A stretch of 45,888 nt of DNA from NCBI GenBank assembly GCA_964658475.1, contig CAZZYY010000002.1:1-45888 (forward strand), written 5' to 3'. Below are positions 12,101 to 24,412 of this stretch, piece by piece; position 1 is the stretch's first letter; every line of letters starts with the position of its first letter. The stretch is from an uncultured Candidatus Methylacidiphilales bacterium (GTDB lineage: Bacteria; Verrucomicrobiota; Verrucomicrobiia; Methylacidiphilales; UBA1321). The notes under the pieces were generated by a model. It worked only from the letters and a program-made list of their open reading frames with translations. It did no database searches and was not told where the DNA came from. The translations under genes and the position numbers were made by a program.

Positions 12101-12736
12101 CTAGTCGTTCTCCTGCTTCTTCGCAAGGTCGGCCAGGTGTTTAACCACGAAGTCCTTGTCGCTTCCGGCAAGCACGTCGTTGCTGAAGTAGAGGCAGTGG
12201 ACCTTCCACCGGCCTTTCTGTCGAACCAAGCAGAAGGTGGCGATGACTTTTCCATCATCGGGCACCTTCGATCCAACATAGGCCGTGAAGACGCCGCTCT
12301 CGCCAAACATGGGCGGACTACCCTGTTCGGTACTTAGAACCTTATCACCTACCATAACCGCTGCCGAATTCGACGCTTCATCTTTGCATTCGGCAATCTC
12401 GGCTGGTGTGAGTTGGGCTCTGCTATAGTAAAGCGCCCCTGCACCTTCCGAATAAAGAACGGTGAGCGGACTTTCGAGAGCACACGTGTCGTAGGTCTCG
12501 GCGATGGTGTCCCGGAAGGACCGCATGTCGCCCAAGCTGGCGCGGTCTTTTTTCGTCTTGGCGTACTGGGCCGCGCCTTCGCTCGTCACGTCGTTTTCCG
12601 CCGGCCCCGGAGGTTTTTTAGAAACGTCGGCCATGAATCGCGTCACGGCCGCCTGCGGAGAGTCGCCGTAGACGGGCGCGACATTTGATACGGAAGCCAG
12701 CGCAAGTAAATACAGGCAGGCGTCCCGGAGCATCAC
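12101..12736 (-). CDS. Secreted hypothetical protein, possibly NTF2-like fold
   Basis: N-terminal signal-like segment; SPQAAVTRFM...LVRQKGRWKV pattern. Start is 12733 or 12736. Confidence 0.65.
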   Translation of the reverse strand: MMLRDACLYLLALASVSNVAPVYGDSPQAAVTRFMADVSKKPPGPAENDVTSEGAAQYAKTKKDRASLGDMRSFRDTIAETYDTCALESPLTVLYSEGAGALYYSRAQLTPAEIAECKDEASNSAAVMVGDKVLSTEQGSPPMFGESGVFTAYVGSKVPDDGKVIATFCLVRQKGRWKVHCLYFSNDVLAGSDKDFVVKHLADLAKKQEND

Positions 12737-12832
12737 CTCGCCATGAAATCAAGGAGTCGGAATTTCGCAAGTCTTGGCTTCGCCTCCGCGCCTCGCTGAT
12801 GGTCGGAAGATCAAAATTTGCAAGACCCCACA

Positions 12833-14179
12833 TCAAGTGGGGATTGGAAGAAAGCTCAGCCAGTTGAGCCGCAGCAGCTCGCCGGGACCGCCGCGAATAA
12901 CGAGGTAAAGGCTGTGGGTACCGGCGGTGTTGGCCAGCGGGGCCGATACGGTCTGGTAAGTTCCCCACCCGCCGGTGCCGGGCAGGCGGCAGGTGCCAAG
13001 CAGCGGACCGTTGAGCGTGCCGTCGTGCAACTCGACCGTCACGGGTTCCGATGCGGACGAGGAATAGCGAAACGAGGCGGTCGCGCGCGCCGGCAGGTTC
13101 GTTACATTCGGGTATTCCACCCAGCTGCCGTTGTGCAGTCCGCGCAGCTCGAAGCCGCCTTCGGGACATTCGCCCTGGGTGGCGCCTTCGGCGTTGAAGT
13201 AGTTTTCCGCCTCGATCCGCTGAGTACCGTCGTATTGCCCGACGCCGGTGCGGTCAATGAAGATGGGGTCGATCGTGCCGTCGTCGTGGTAGTGGACATA
13301 GCTGATGATGGCGTCGCGGTAGTGCGGCGACGTTCCGGGCCAGCTTTGGTCGTTGCAGGCGAAATACCATTGGTGATGCAGCTGGAAGAATGAGCCGTGC
13401 CGGTCGAAGACGAGTCCTTTCTGAAACTCGGGAGCCGTGCGCTCTTTGGTGATAAAGCAGTCCTTGTAGGTATAAGGCCCGTAAACGTTGTCCGACATCG
13501 CGTAGAAGCAGCCCCAAGAAAGATAGTACTTTCCGTGGTACTCATGCAGGAACGATTTGTCGTCGGTCTTGCCGGGACCGTAGGGACCCATTTTCCGGTC
13601 GAGCTGGAGCAAGCGCGGCGTCTCGGCGAGTGAGACCATGTCGGGGTTCAGCTTGACGATGTAGTAGTCCCAGCAACCGAAGGTGAGATAGGTCGTGCCG
13701 TCGGGTTCCTGCAGGATGGACGGATCGCGCGCCGCGGTGGGGACCGAGCCCGCCGCGACCAGCGGTTTGTGGATGGGATCGGTCCACGGCCCGATGGGCG
13801 AGTCGCTCTCCACCACGCCCAATTCCTTGCTACCGCGCGAAAAGTAAAAATAATATTTGCCGTTGGCGCTGATCGCATCGGTCGCCCAGCACTCGTTTGA
13901 CGGTTTGCCCCAGTAGGTCTGCTCGGGCTTGAGCGTGCTTTCGTATTTCCAGTGCACCAGATCGTTGGAGGACCAGGTCCACCAGTCGTTCATCAGGAAT
14001 TTGCGGGAGGTCGGCGAGGCATCATGGGTCGCGTAGAGATACGCCGTGTCGCCGTAGATGCGCACCTTGGGATCGGTCACGCCTTGGTCGACGATGATGG
14101 GGTTGTCACCGCGGACTGTCAGGGCAAGGCCGAGAGACGCCGACCCGACACGAACCAGATGAAGTGGCCACCTGCTCAT
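12833..14179 (-). CDS. GH43 glycoside hydrolase with C-terminal CBM6
   Basis: Signal peptide; NPII..VTDP, YLYATHD, CWATD, YYFYFS and ARDPSI; CBM6 IEAENY...GSWVEY...TGGWGTY...LYLV. Start ATG 14179 overlaps the bla stop (ATGA). Confidence 0.9.
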   Translation of the reverse strand: MSRWPLHLVRVGSASLGLALTVRGDNPIIVDQGVTDPKVRIYGDTAYLYATHDASPTSRKFLMNDWWTWSSNDLVHWKYESTLKPEQTYWGKPSNECWATDAISANGKYYFYFSRGSKELGVVESDSPIGPWTDPIHKPLVAAGSVPTAARDPSILQEPDGTTYLTFGCWDYYIVKLNPDMVSLAETPRLLQLDRKMGPYGPGKTDDKSFLHEYHGKYYLSWGCFYAMSDNVYGPYTYKDCFITKERTAPEFQKGLVFDRHGSFFQLHHQWYFACNDQSWPGTSPHYRDAIISYVHYHDDGTIDPIFIDRTGVGQYDGTQRIEAENYFNAEGATQGECPEGGFELRGLHNGSWVEYPNVTNLPARATASFRYSSSASEPVTVELHDGTLNGPLLGTCRLPGTGGWGTYQTVSAPLANTAGTHSLYLVIRGGPGELLRLNWLSFLPIPT

Positions 14180-15048
14180 GCGAAGACCTCGGTGACAATC
14201 CGGCCGATACGTCGCACCAGGTCGGGCGGGGCAGCGATGTTTGCGGGATGCGAGGTATAGACAGTGACAAGCAATGGCTTTCGGCCGGGCGGCGGGGCCA
14301 TGGCGATGTCGTTGACCGCGGTGTCGCCGTGACCGGTTTTGTCGGCGACGACCCAGTGGGCTGGAAGTCCGGCGCGCAACATGGTGAGCCCGGTGGTGCA
14401 CGCGACCATCCAATCGAGCAGCTTGCGGCGCGAGGCGGGTTGCAAGACGTTTCCGAGAAGGATCGTGCGCAGGTTGGCCAGCATGGCGAGAGGCGAGGTG
14501 GTGTCCTTGATGCCGTCGGGCACGTTGAGACCGGGTTCGTTGCGATTGAGCGTGGTGGTGGTGTCGCCCAGCGAGCGTACGAAAACGTTGAACGGGTCGA
14601 TTCCGCCCAGCGCGGCAAGCAGAAGGTTGGAAGCCGTATTGTCGCTCACGGTCAGGGCCGCGGCACAGAGTTCGTCGAGCGTCAGGCCGCTGGCAAGGTG
14701 ATGCTCGGTGACAGGCGCATGAGATATGAGGTCACTCTTCCCAAAGTGCACCACGCGTGACAGGTCCTGCCTTCCAGAATCGACTTCGGCCAGCAGCGCG
14801 GCGACGAGAAGGAATTTCCAAGTGCTGCAGAAGAGAAAACGCTCCTGCCCGCGGTGGAGAAGGGTGCGATTGGTCGCGGTATCACACGCGGCCAATCCGA
14901 TACGGGCGCCGCTCGCGGCCTCGAGGGCGCGCAGGCGGCCGGAGGCTAATTCCGGGGTGACGTGCGGCTCCGCCCCAGCCAGCGAAGGCACGAGCAGAAG
15001 AGCGCAACGGATCAACATTTTCCTGCGTGAAAGGGCAGGTTTAACCAT
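14176..15048 (-). CDS. bla: Class A serine beta-lactamase with Tat-like signal
   Basis: CSTWK (S70xxK73), SDN, RNEPGLN (E166/N170), DTT and DKTG. N-terminus ALSRRKMLI plus hydrophobic stretch ending LAGA. Confidence 0.92.
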   Translation of the reverse strand: MVKPALSRRKMLIRCALLLVPSLAGAEPHVTPELASGRLRALEAASGARIGLAACDTATNRTLLHRGQERFLFCSTWKFLLVAALLAEVDSGRQDLSRVVHFGKSDLISHAPVTEHHLASGLTLDELCAAALTVSDNTASNLLLAALGGIDPFNVFVRSLGDTTTTLNRNEPGLNVPDGIKDTTSPLAMLANLRTILLGNVLQPASRRKLLDWMVACTTGLTMLRAGLPAHWVVADKTGHGDTAVNDIAMAPPPGRKPLLVTVYTSHPANIAAPPDLVRRIGRIVTEVFA

Positions 15049-15405
15049 GGCAGATAACATAAGGTCGCTTTCAGTGAAGTCGACCAATTAGCAACCAAGG
15101 ATTGCCCTGACTTCTGGCCATCGAGGCTGGCGCGAAATCGCGCCCAAGATCAACGATTGATGCCCGGTCGAAGCAACTACGGCTCGTCACTATTTCAACG
15201 TCGACTTCAGGACCGTGCGCTCCGGCAACAAGAGCTGGTGCCGGAAGGTGCAAATTCGAACGTCGACAGACCGTACGTCGTGCATCCTGCCTGATCGGAG
15301 ATCAGGGTGGGCGGGGTTGGGATCGCCCCAAATTTGCGAAAAACAAAAGCGTTCAGGTTTACTGCTTTGAATTGATCGCTTGGTTCGAATTAGGGACGGG
15401 ACAGA

Positions 15406-15421
15406 TGGTACATGAATTGCG
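15406..15421 (+). promoter_or_regulatory. Sigma54 (RpoN) -24/-12 promoter
   Basis: TGGTACATGAATTGCG fits GG-N10-GC and is close to the TGGCAC-N5-TTGC consensus. It lies about 38 nt before the SDR ATG. Confidence 0.75.
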
Positions 15422-15458
15422 CGGAGGCCTTTGCCATTCACGCAACCACAATCAGATC

Positions 15459-16481
15459 ATGATGAACACCCATCCCAAGCCGCGCGTCATCGTCATTACC
15501 GGAGCAGCGGCAGGCGTGGGGCGCGCCACGGCCCGCATGTTTGCGCAGACGGAAGGCGCCTATCTGGGCCTGCTGGCGCGTGGCGTTCCGGGGCTGGAGG
15601 CGGCCAAGCGCGAAGTGGAGGAGCTGGGCGGGAAAGCCATCATCCTGCCCTGCGACGTGGCGGATGCTGAGGCGGTCGAAGCCGCGGCGGAAATCGTGGA
15701 GCAGCATTTTGGGCCGATAGACGTGTGGGTCAACGTGGCCATGACGAGTGTCTTTTCTTTCATCAAGGATACGACGCCGGCCGATTTCAAACGCGTCACG
15801 GAGGTGTGCTACCTCGGCTATATCCATGGAACCCTGGCGGCCTATCGCCGGATGCGGACACGTAATCGGGGCCACATCGTTCAGGTGGGCAGCGCACTCG
15901 CCTACCGGGGCATTCCGCTGCAGGCCGCCTATTGTGCCAGCAAGCATGCCATCCAGGGTTTCATGGATTCGTTTCGCGCGGAACTGATCCATGAAAAAAG
16001 CCGCATTGTCGCCACAATGGTGCAGATGCCGGCGCTCAATACGCCGCAATTCGACTGGTGCAAAAGCCGGCTGCCCCGCAAAGCCCAACCTGTGCCGCCC
16101 ATCTACCAACCCGAGGTCGCCGCCCGGGCCATCGTCTATGCTTCGAGAAACAGAAGGGCCGAAATCTACGTGGGTCTTTCAACGGTCATCGCGATCATCG
16201 GAAATAAACTGTTCCCGCGCCTGGGCGATCTTTACCTCGGGAAGACGGGAGTGGAGGCGCAGCAGACCAGGGAGCCGGTCGATCCGGCCGCTCCCAATAA
16301 TCTTTACGAACCGGTTACGAGCAACCCGGGCGCACACGGCCGTTTCGACGACCGGGCTTACGCCTTCAGCCCGCAACTTTGGACCGATATGCATCGCGAC
16401 TGGATTGCCGGAAGCCTGGTGCTGGCGCTGGCGGCGGGGCTTGGCACACTGTTGGTGGCCCGGGGCACAAAATCCCGCTGA
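15459..16481 (+). CDS. Short-chain dehydrogenase/reductase with C-terminal membrane anchor
   Basis: TGAAAGVG, LLARG, QVGS and YCASK; hydrophobic tail WIAGSLVLALAAGLGTLLVA. Confidence 0.92.
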   Translation: MMNTHPKPRVIVITGAAAGVGRATARMFAQTEGAYLGLLARGVPGLEAAKREVEELGGKAIILPCDVADAEAVEAAAEIVEQHFGPIDVWVNVAMTSVFSFIKDTTPADFKRVTEVCYLGYIHGTLAAYRRMRTRNRGHIVQVGSALAYRGIPLQAAYCASKHAIQGFMDSFRAELIHEKSRIVATMVQMPALNTPQFDWCKSRLPRKAQPVPPIYQPEVAARAIVYASRNRRAEIYVGLSTVIAIIGNKLFPRLGDLYLGKTGVEAQQTREPVDPAAPNNLYEPVTSNPGAHGRFDDRAYAFSPQLWTDMHRDWIAGSLVLALAAGLGTLLVARGTKSR

Positions 16482-16516
16482 GAAAAATTCACGCCCAATT
16501 CCATTCTCTTCCATTC

Positions 16517-18925
16517 ATGTCCAGCCACGCACCCGGCAAACCCGGCGCCAGACCGCGCTGGACCTCGGCAGCAAAGACCGGGGTTGGCACGGCCATTTCA
16601 CGAGAGAGTCACGTTTGGTTTTCGCTTTCGCGCGGGATCCTCGATGAGATTTATCATCCCTTTATCGACTGCGCCATCACGCGGGACTTCGGCTTCATGG
16701 TCACGGGGCCCGATGGTTTCTTTTCCGAGGAGAAACGCGACACGGAGCATGAGATCCAGCCTCTCGCAGCAGGGGCGCCCGGTTATCGGTTGATCAACAC
16801 GTGCCGGGAGGGGCGGTATCGCATCACCAAGACCATCGTCACGGACCCGCGTCGTGACGTGCTTCTTCAGCATATCCGGTTCGAGGCGCAACGCGGCAAG
16901 ATGGCGGACTACACTCTCTATGCCCTGCTTACGCCGCACATCGGGAACCAGGGCAGGGACAACGACGCGTGGACGGATGAGTTCCGCGGCATTCCCATGT
17001 TGGTGGCGCGGCGGGATCAAACGGTGCTGGCCTTGATGAGCTCCGTACCTTGGGCGGCCCGGTCCTGCGGTTATGTAGGCGAGAGCGATGGCTGGCAGGA
17101 CCTCCACCGGCATGGAAAGATGACCTGGCACTACGCGGAGGCAAGAAGTGGAAACGTGGCCCTGACCGGCGCCATCGATCTTGCCGCTGCGAACGGCGAA
17201 GTGGCTCTGGCGCTCGGGTTCGGACGCAGCAAGGACGAGGCGGGCCAGCAGGCGCGGGCGTCTCTTCTTTGCCCGTTTCAAGACATCGCGGACGAGTTTC
17301 TCGCGGGATGGCATTCGTACCAGAAGAGCTGCCGCCCCCTTAGGACCGATGAGAAAAATGGCTTCGACATGTACCGCGTGAGCACGTCGATGCTGAAGGT
17401 GCACGAGAGCAAACGGTTCCCGGGCGGCTTGATCGCCAGTCTCTCGCGCCCGTGGGGCGAAGATCGTGGCGATCGCGACAAAGCTGGCTACCACGTGGTC
17501 TGGCCCCGGGATTTGGTGGAGGCAGCCGGCGCCATGGTCGCGACGGATCGCCCGGACGTCGCGCGCCAGATTCTCTTCTATCTGATGTGCAACCAGCATG
17601 CGGATGGCCACTGGTCCCAGAACATGTGGCTGGACGGATCCGATTATCTACCGGGCATCCAGACGGACGAGACGGCCTTGCCGGTGATGCTGGCGGATTG
17701 CCTTCGCCGCCGAAACGCACTGGACGGCCTGGAGGTGTGGCCCATGGTCCGCCTCGCGCTGCAGTTTTTGATCGTGGACGGCCCAGTCACGCAACAGGAC
17801 CGCTGGGAGGAGACGTGCGGGTACGCCGTTTTCACGCTCGCCACCGAAATAGCCGCCATGCTCGCCGGTGCTGACTTTGCCGAAGCCGCCGGCGAAGGGG
17901 AGGTGGCCCATTTTCTACGTGAAACGGCCGCTTGCTGGAACAGCCAGCTCGAAGATTGGACCTACGTCCGCCAGACACCCTGGGCGCAGCGGGCCGGCGT
18001 CGAGGGCTACTATATCCGGATAGCCCCGCCCGATCTGCTGGCGCATGACGGGCCTGCGGAGGGGACCATCGAAATCAAGAATCAGCCCGGTGGCGCGAAG
18101 GCCTTCCCCGCAGCTGAGATCGTCAGCGTGGATGCACTTGCCCTTGTCCGTTTCGGTCTTCGCGCCGCGAACGATCCGCGTATCCTCAATACCGTGAAAG
18201 TCATCGACGCTGCCTTGAAGTCCGAGACCAGTACGGGTCCGGTCTGGCACCGCTACACTCACGATGGCTACGGCGAAACGGAAGATGGCAAGCCGTTCGT
18301 CAAGGCGGGGATAGGCCGCGGCTGGCCTCTTCTGGCGGGCGAGCGCGCGCATTACGAGATTGCGGCGGGAAACCTCGAGGAAGCGCGGCGGCTGCTTTCC
18401 GTCATGGGCGCACAAACCAGTCCGGGCGGCCTCCTGCCCGAGCAGGTCTGGGACGCGCCGGACATCCCGGAACAGGGGCTCAGCAACGGCCATCCGTCCG
18501 GCTCGGGAATGCCGCTGGTCTGGGCCCACTCCGAGTATCTCAAGCTGACTCGTTCGCTGGAGGATGGCCGGGTTTTCGACACGCCTCCGCAAACCTATGA
18601 ACGGTACGTCCGCGACAAGGTCGGATCCTCGCTGGTCATCTGGCGATTTACGGACCGGGTGCGCCTCATCTCGCCCGGGAAAAGATTGCGGATCGAAACG
18701 CGTGCCCCCGCTCAGGTACGCTGGAGCGTTGATGACTGGAACACCTGCCGCGAGGAGACCACGCGCGATTCGCGTCTGGGGGTCCATGTGACGGATCTTC
18801 CGACCGCCGCGCTTTCTCCCGGCTCCACGGTGCGCTTCACCTTCTATTGGCCCGAGGCGCGAAATTGGGAGGGAACAAATTTTGAGGTTCACGTCGGGGC
18901 GGCAACGGCGGGTGGAGCGGAATAA
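16517..18925 (+). CDS. GH15 glucan 1,4-alpha-glucosidase (glucoamylase/glucodextranase type)
   Basis: APGKPG..PRWTSAAKTGVG N-domain, GYHVVWPRDL, QDRWEE and LLPEQVWD...PLVWAHSEY. No signal peptide. Confidence 0.92.
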   Translation: MSSHAPGKPGARPRWTSAAKTGVGTAISRESHVWFSLSRGILDEIYHPFIDCAITRDFGFMVTGPDGFFSEEKRDTEHEIQPLAAGAPGYRLINTCREGRYRITKTIVTDPRRDVLLQHIRFEAQRGKMADYTLYALLTPHIGNQGRDNDAWTDEFRGIPMLVARRDQTVLALMSSVPWAARSCGYVGESDGWQDLHRHGKMTWHYAEARSGNVALTGAIDLAAANGEVALALGFGRSKDEAGQQARASLLCPFQDIADEFLAGWHSYQKSCRPLRTDEKNGFDMYRVSTSMLKVHESKRFPGGLIASLSRPWGEDRGDRDKAGYHVVWPRDLVEAAGAMVATDRPDVARQILFYLMCNQHADGHWSQNMWLDGSDYLPGIQTDETALPVMLADCLRRRNALDGLEVWPMVRLALQFLIVDGPVTQQDRWEETCGYAVFTLATEIAAMLAGADFAEAAGEGEVAHFLRETAACWNSQLEDWTYVRQTPWAQRAGVEGYYIRIAPPDLLAHDGPAEGTIEIKNQPGGAKAFPAAEIVSVDALALVRFGLRAANDPRILNTVKVIDAALKSETSTGPVWHRYTHDGYGETEDGKPFVKAGIGRGWPLLAGERAHYEIAAGNLEEARRLLSVMGAQTSPGGLLPEQVWDAPDIPEQGLSNGHPSGSGMPLVWAHSEYLKLTRSLEDGRVFDTPPQTYERYVRDKVGSSLVIWRFTDRVRLISPGKRLRIETRAPAQVRWSVDDWNTCREETTRDSRLGVHVTDLPTAALSPGSTVRFTFYWPEARNWEGTNFEVHVGAATAGGAE

Positions 18926-18939
18926 CCGACCGACCCGTC

Positions 18940-19593
18940 ATGGCGCAGCTTTTTCCACCCTCCGTTGATCTCGCCGCAAAGTTTGTCATCCTGGGAGTCG
19001 TGGTGGGCCTTGCCGCCGGGGCGTACGCCTTTTACCTGCTCAACCGCTCGCCGTACTGGACCAATGTCGGCGTGACGCTCGATCAGCCGGTGCAGTTCAG
19101 CCATCGCCATCATGTGCGCGATCTCGGTCTCGATTGCCGCTTTTGCCATACCTCGGTCACCACCTCCGCGAATGCGGGCATGCCCGACACGCAGACGTGC
19201 ATGACCTGCCATTCCCAAGTCTGGAAGAACGCGCCCCTGCTTGCCCCCGTGCGCGAAAGCTACGCGGACAACCGGCCCATCCGGTGGAACCGGGTCAACG
19301 AAACGCCGGGCTTCGTTTATTTCAATCATTCGATTCACGTCAACAAAGGCGTCGGCTGCTCGACCTGCCACGGCCGCATCGATGAAATGCCGATCACCTG
19401 GAAATCGATCGACATGGAAATGCAGTGGTGCCTCGCCTGCCACCGTCATCCTGAGAATGCGCTTCGTCCGCTCAACAAGGTGGAGCAGATGGACTGGACA
19501 CCGTCGAAGGATCCGCACGAGAGCGAGGAGCTTTACCGCGAGCGCCATATTCAAAAGGACCACCTCACAGATTGCTCCGCCTGCCATCGCTGA
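18940..19593 (+). CDS. actA: Alternative complex III pentaheme cytochrome c subunit
   Basis: N-terminal TM helix, QPVQFSHRHH and five CxxCH motifs (CRFCH, CMTCH, CSTCH, CLACH, CSACH). Confidence 0.94.
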   Translation: MAQLFPPSVDLAAKFVILGVVVGLAAGAYAFYLLNRSPYWTNVGVTLDQPVQFSHRHHVRDLGLDCRFCHTSVTTSANAGMPDTQTCMTCHSQVWKNAPLLAPVRESYADNRPIRWNRVNETPGFVYFNHSIHVNKGVGCSTCHGRIDEMPITWKSIDMEMQWCLACHRHPENALRPLNKVEQMDWTPSKDPHESEELYRERHIQKDHLTDCSACHR

Positions 19594-19598
19594 CCACC

Positions 19599-22502
<2,904 letters not shown>

Positions 22503-22505
22503 CGC

Positions 22506-23879
22506 ATGGAGACGACGCCCGTGGAAACCGTTCCGCTCCTGCCGCCCGGCATCTCGGACGAGTCGATCACCGAGCGAATCTCGGGGATCGTGGTCAAGCG
22601 CAAGGTCGGCCTTGGGTGGCTGGGCGGGTTCGCCATCGCCTTTTCGCTCTTGATGCTTTTCAACTTCGCCATCGTCGTGCTCTTCACCTACGGCGTCGGG
22701 ATTTGGGGACTGCAGATTCCGGTAGCGTGGGGTTTCGCGATCGTCAATTTCGTCTGGTGGGTCGGCATTGGCCATGCCGGCACGTTCATTTCCGCGGTGC
22801 TCTACCTGTGCCATCAGGAATGGCGCACCTCGATCAATCGCTTTACCGAATCGATGACCCTCTTTGCGGTCGCGTGCGCGGGCATTTTCCCGCTCATCCA
22901 TCTCGGCCGGCCGTGGCTTTTCTACTATCTCTTTCCCTACCCGAACACGATGGCGCTGTGGCCGCAGTTCCGCAGCCCGCTCATCTGGGACATGTTTGCG
23001 GTGCTGACCTACGCCACCGTCTCGGTGATCTTTTATTTCGTCGGCCTGCTGCCGGATCTGGCCACATTGCGCGACCGTTCGCCGCATCGCTGGCAGCAGA
23101 TTGCCTACGGCCTGCTTGCGCTCGGCTGGCGCGGATCGGGCCGGCAGTGGTCCCGCTACAAGATGGCCTACCTGATCATGGCCGGCCTGGCCACGCCGCT
23201 GGTGGTGTCGGTGCACAGCATCGTGAGTCTCGATTTTGCCGTCGGCATCGTGCCGGGCTGGCACACCACGATCATGCCGTTCTACTTTGTGGCCGCCGCG
23301 CTGCAGTCGGGCTTCGCCATGGGGCTCATCCTGCTCATTCCGGTGCGCCATTTTTATCATCTCCAGGACCTCATCACCGGTCGCCATCTGGCCAACATGG
23401 CGAAGCTGCTGCTGGCCACGAGCCTGGTCGTGGGGCACGGCTATTTCACCGATACCTTCATGGCCTGGTACAGCGGCGATGCCTACGACAAGTTCATCGT
23501 CGCCGACAAGTTCACCGGGGCTTACGCCGTCGCCGGGTGGATGCTGATGGTTCTTGATGTTGGCGTTGTCCAGCTGGTGTGGTTTCGCGCCGTGCGCGCA
23601 TCGCCGATCGCTCTTTTCATCATCTCCGTTTTGGCGAACGTCGGCCTTTGGCTCGACCACTACGTCCTGGTCGTGCAGAGCCTGCACAGCGATTACCTGC
23701 CCTCGGAGTGGCGGCTTTTCCACGGCACGATCTGGGATTGGATGACGCTCATCGGAAGCTTTGGCCTCTTTTTCACGCTGCTCTTTATTTTCATCCGCAT
23801 CTTCCCGCTGATGGCCATGAGCGAGATGCGCGGACTGATCCATCGCAAGCCCGGCGAGGAGAAGGTGCAGGGCGCATGA
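22506..23879 (+). CDS. actC: Alternative complex III NrfD-like quinol-binding subunit
   Basis: FVWWVGIGHAGTFISA, IHLGRPW, FRSPLIWD, PLVVSVHSIVSLDF and PGWHTT. Confidence 0.95.
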   Translation: METTPVETVPLLPPGISDESITERISGIVVKRKVGLGWLGGFAIAFSLLMLFNFAIVVLFTYGVGIWGLQIPVAWGFAIVNFVWWVGIGHAGTFISAVLYLCHQEWRTSINRFTESMTLFAVACAGIFPLIHLGRPWLFYYLFPYPNTMALWPQFRSPLIWDMFAVLTYATVSVIFYFVGLLPDLATLRDRSPHRWQQIAYGLLALGWRGSGRQWSRYKMAYLIMAGLATPLVVSVHSIVSLDFAVGIVPGWHTTIMPFYFVAAALQSGFAMGLILLIPVRHFYHLQDLITGRHLANMAKLLLATSLVVGHGYFTDTFMAWYSGDAYDKFIVADKFTGAYAVAGWMLMVLDVGVVQLVWFRAVRASPIALFIISVLANVGLWLDHYVLVVQSLHSDYLPSEWRLFHGTIWDWMTLIGSFGLFFTLLFIFIRIFPLMAMSEMRGLIHRKPGEEKVQGA

Positions 23880-24412
23880 GCGAGACTTCCATTTATGGCC
23901 TCCTGGCCGAGTTTGCCGGTCCGGAACAACTCGTGCGCGCCGCCGAGGAATTGCACGCCAGCGGCTATCGCCGCGTGGAAAGCTATTCTCCCTTCGCCAT
24001 GGAAGGCTTCGCGGAAGCCGTCCATTTTCGGCCCTGGGCCGTCGCATCCATTTTCCTGCTCTCGGGCATGCTGGGCGCCGCGGGCGGTTATTTCATGCAG
24101 TACTATGCGTCGGTCATTTCCTATCCGGAAAACATCGGCGGGCGGCCGCTGCACAGTTGGCCGTCGTTCATTCCGATCACCTTTGAGCTGGGGGTGCTGG
24201 GCGGGGTCCTGGGCGGCATCTTCGGGATGATCGCGCTCAACCGGCTTCCCCGTTACTCGCATCCGGTCTCCAACGTGCCGCGCTTTCGCGCGGCTTCGAC
24301 GGACGGGTTTTTCCTTTGCATCGAATCGTCGGATCGGCATTTCGAAATCGGGAGAACGGCGGAACTCCTGCGCCAGTGCGGCGCGATCGAAGTCACCGAG
24401 GTGCCGCAATGA
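23876..24412 (+). CDS. actD: Alternative complex III subunit D (DUF3341-type)
   Basis: YGLLAEF, ESYSPF, IGGRP..SWPSFIPITFELGVL and DGFFLCIE. ATGA overlap with actC. Confidence 0.92.
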   Translation: MSETSIYGLLAEFAGPEQLVRAAEELHASGYRRVESYSPFAMEGFAEAVHFRPWAVASIFLLSGMLGAAGGYFMQYYASVISYPENIGGRPLHSWPSFIPITFELGVLGGVLGGIFGMIALNRLPRYSHPVSNVPRFRAASTDGFFLCIESSDRHFEIGRTAELLRQCGAIEVTEVPQ

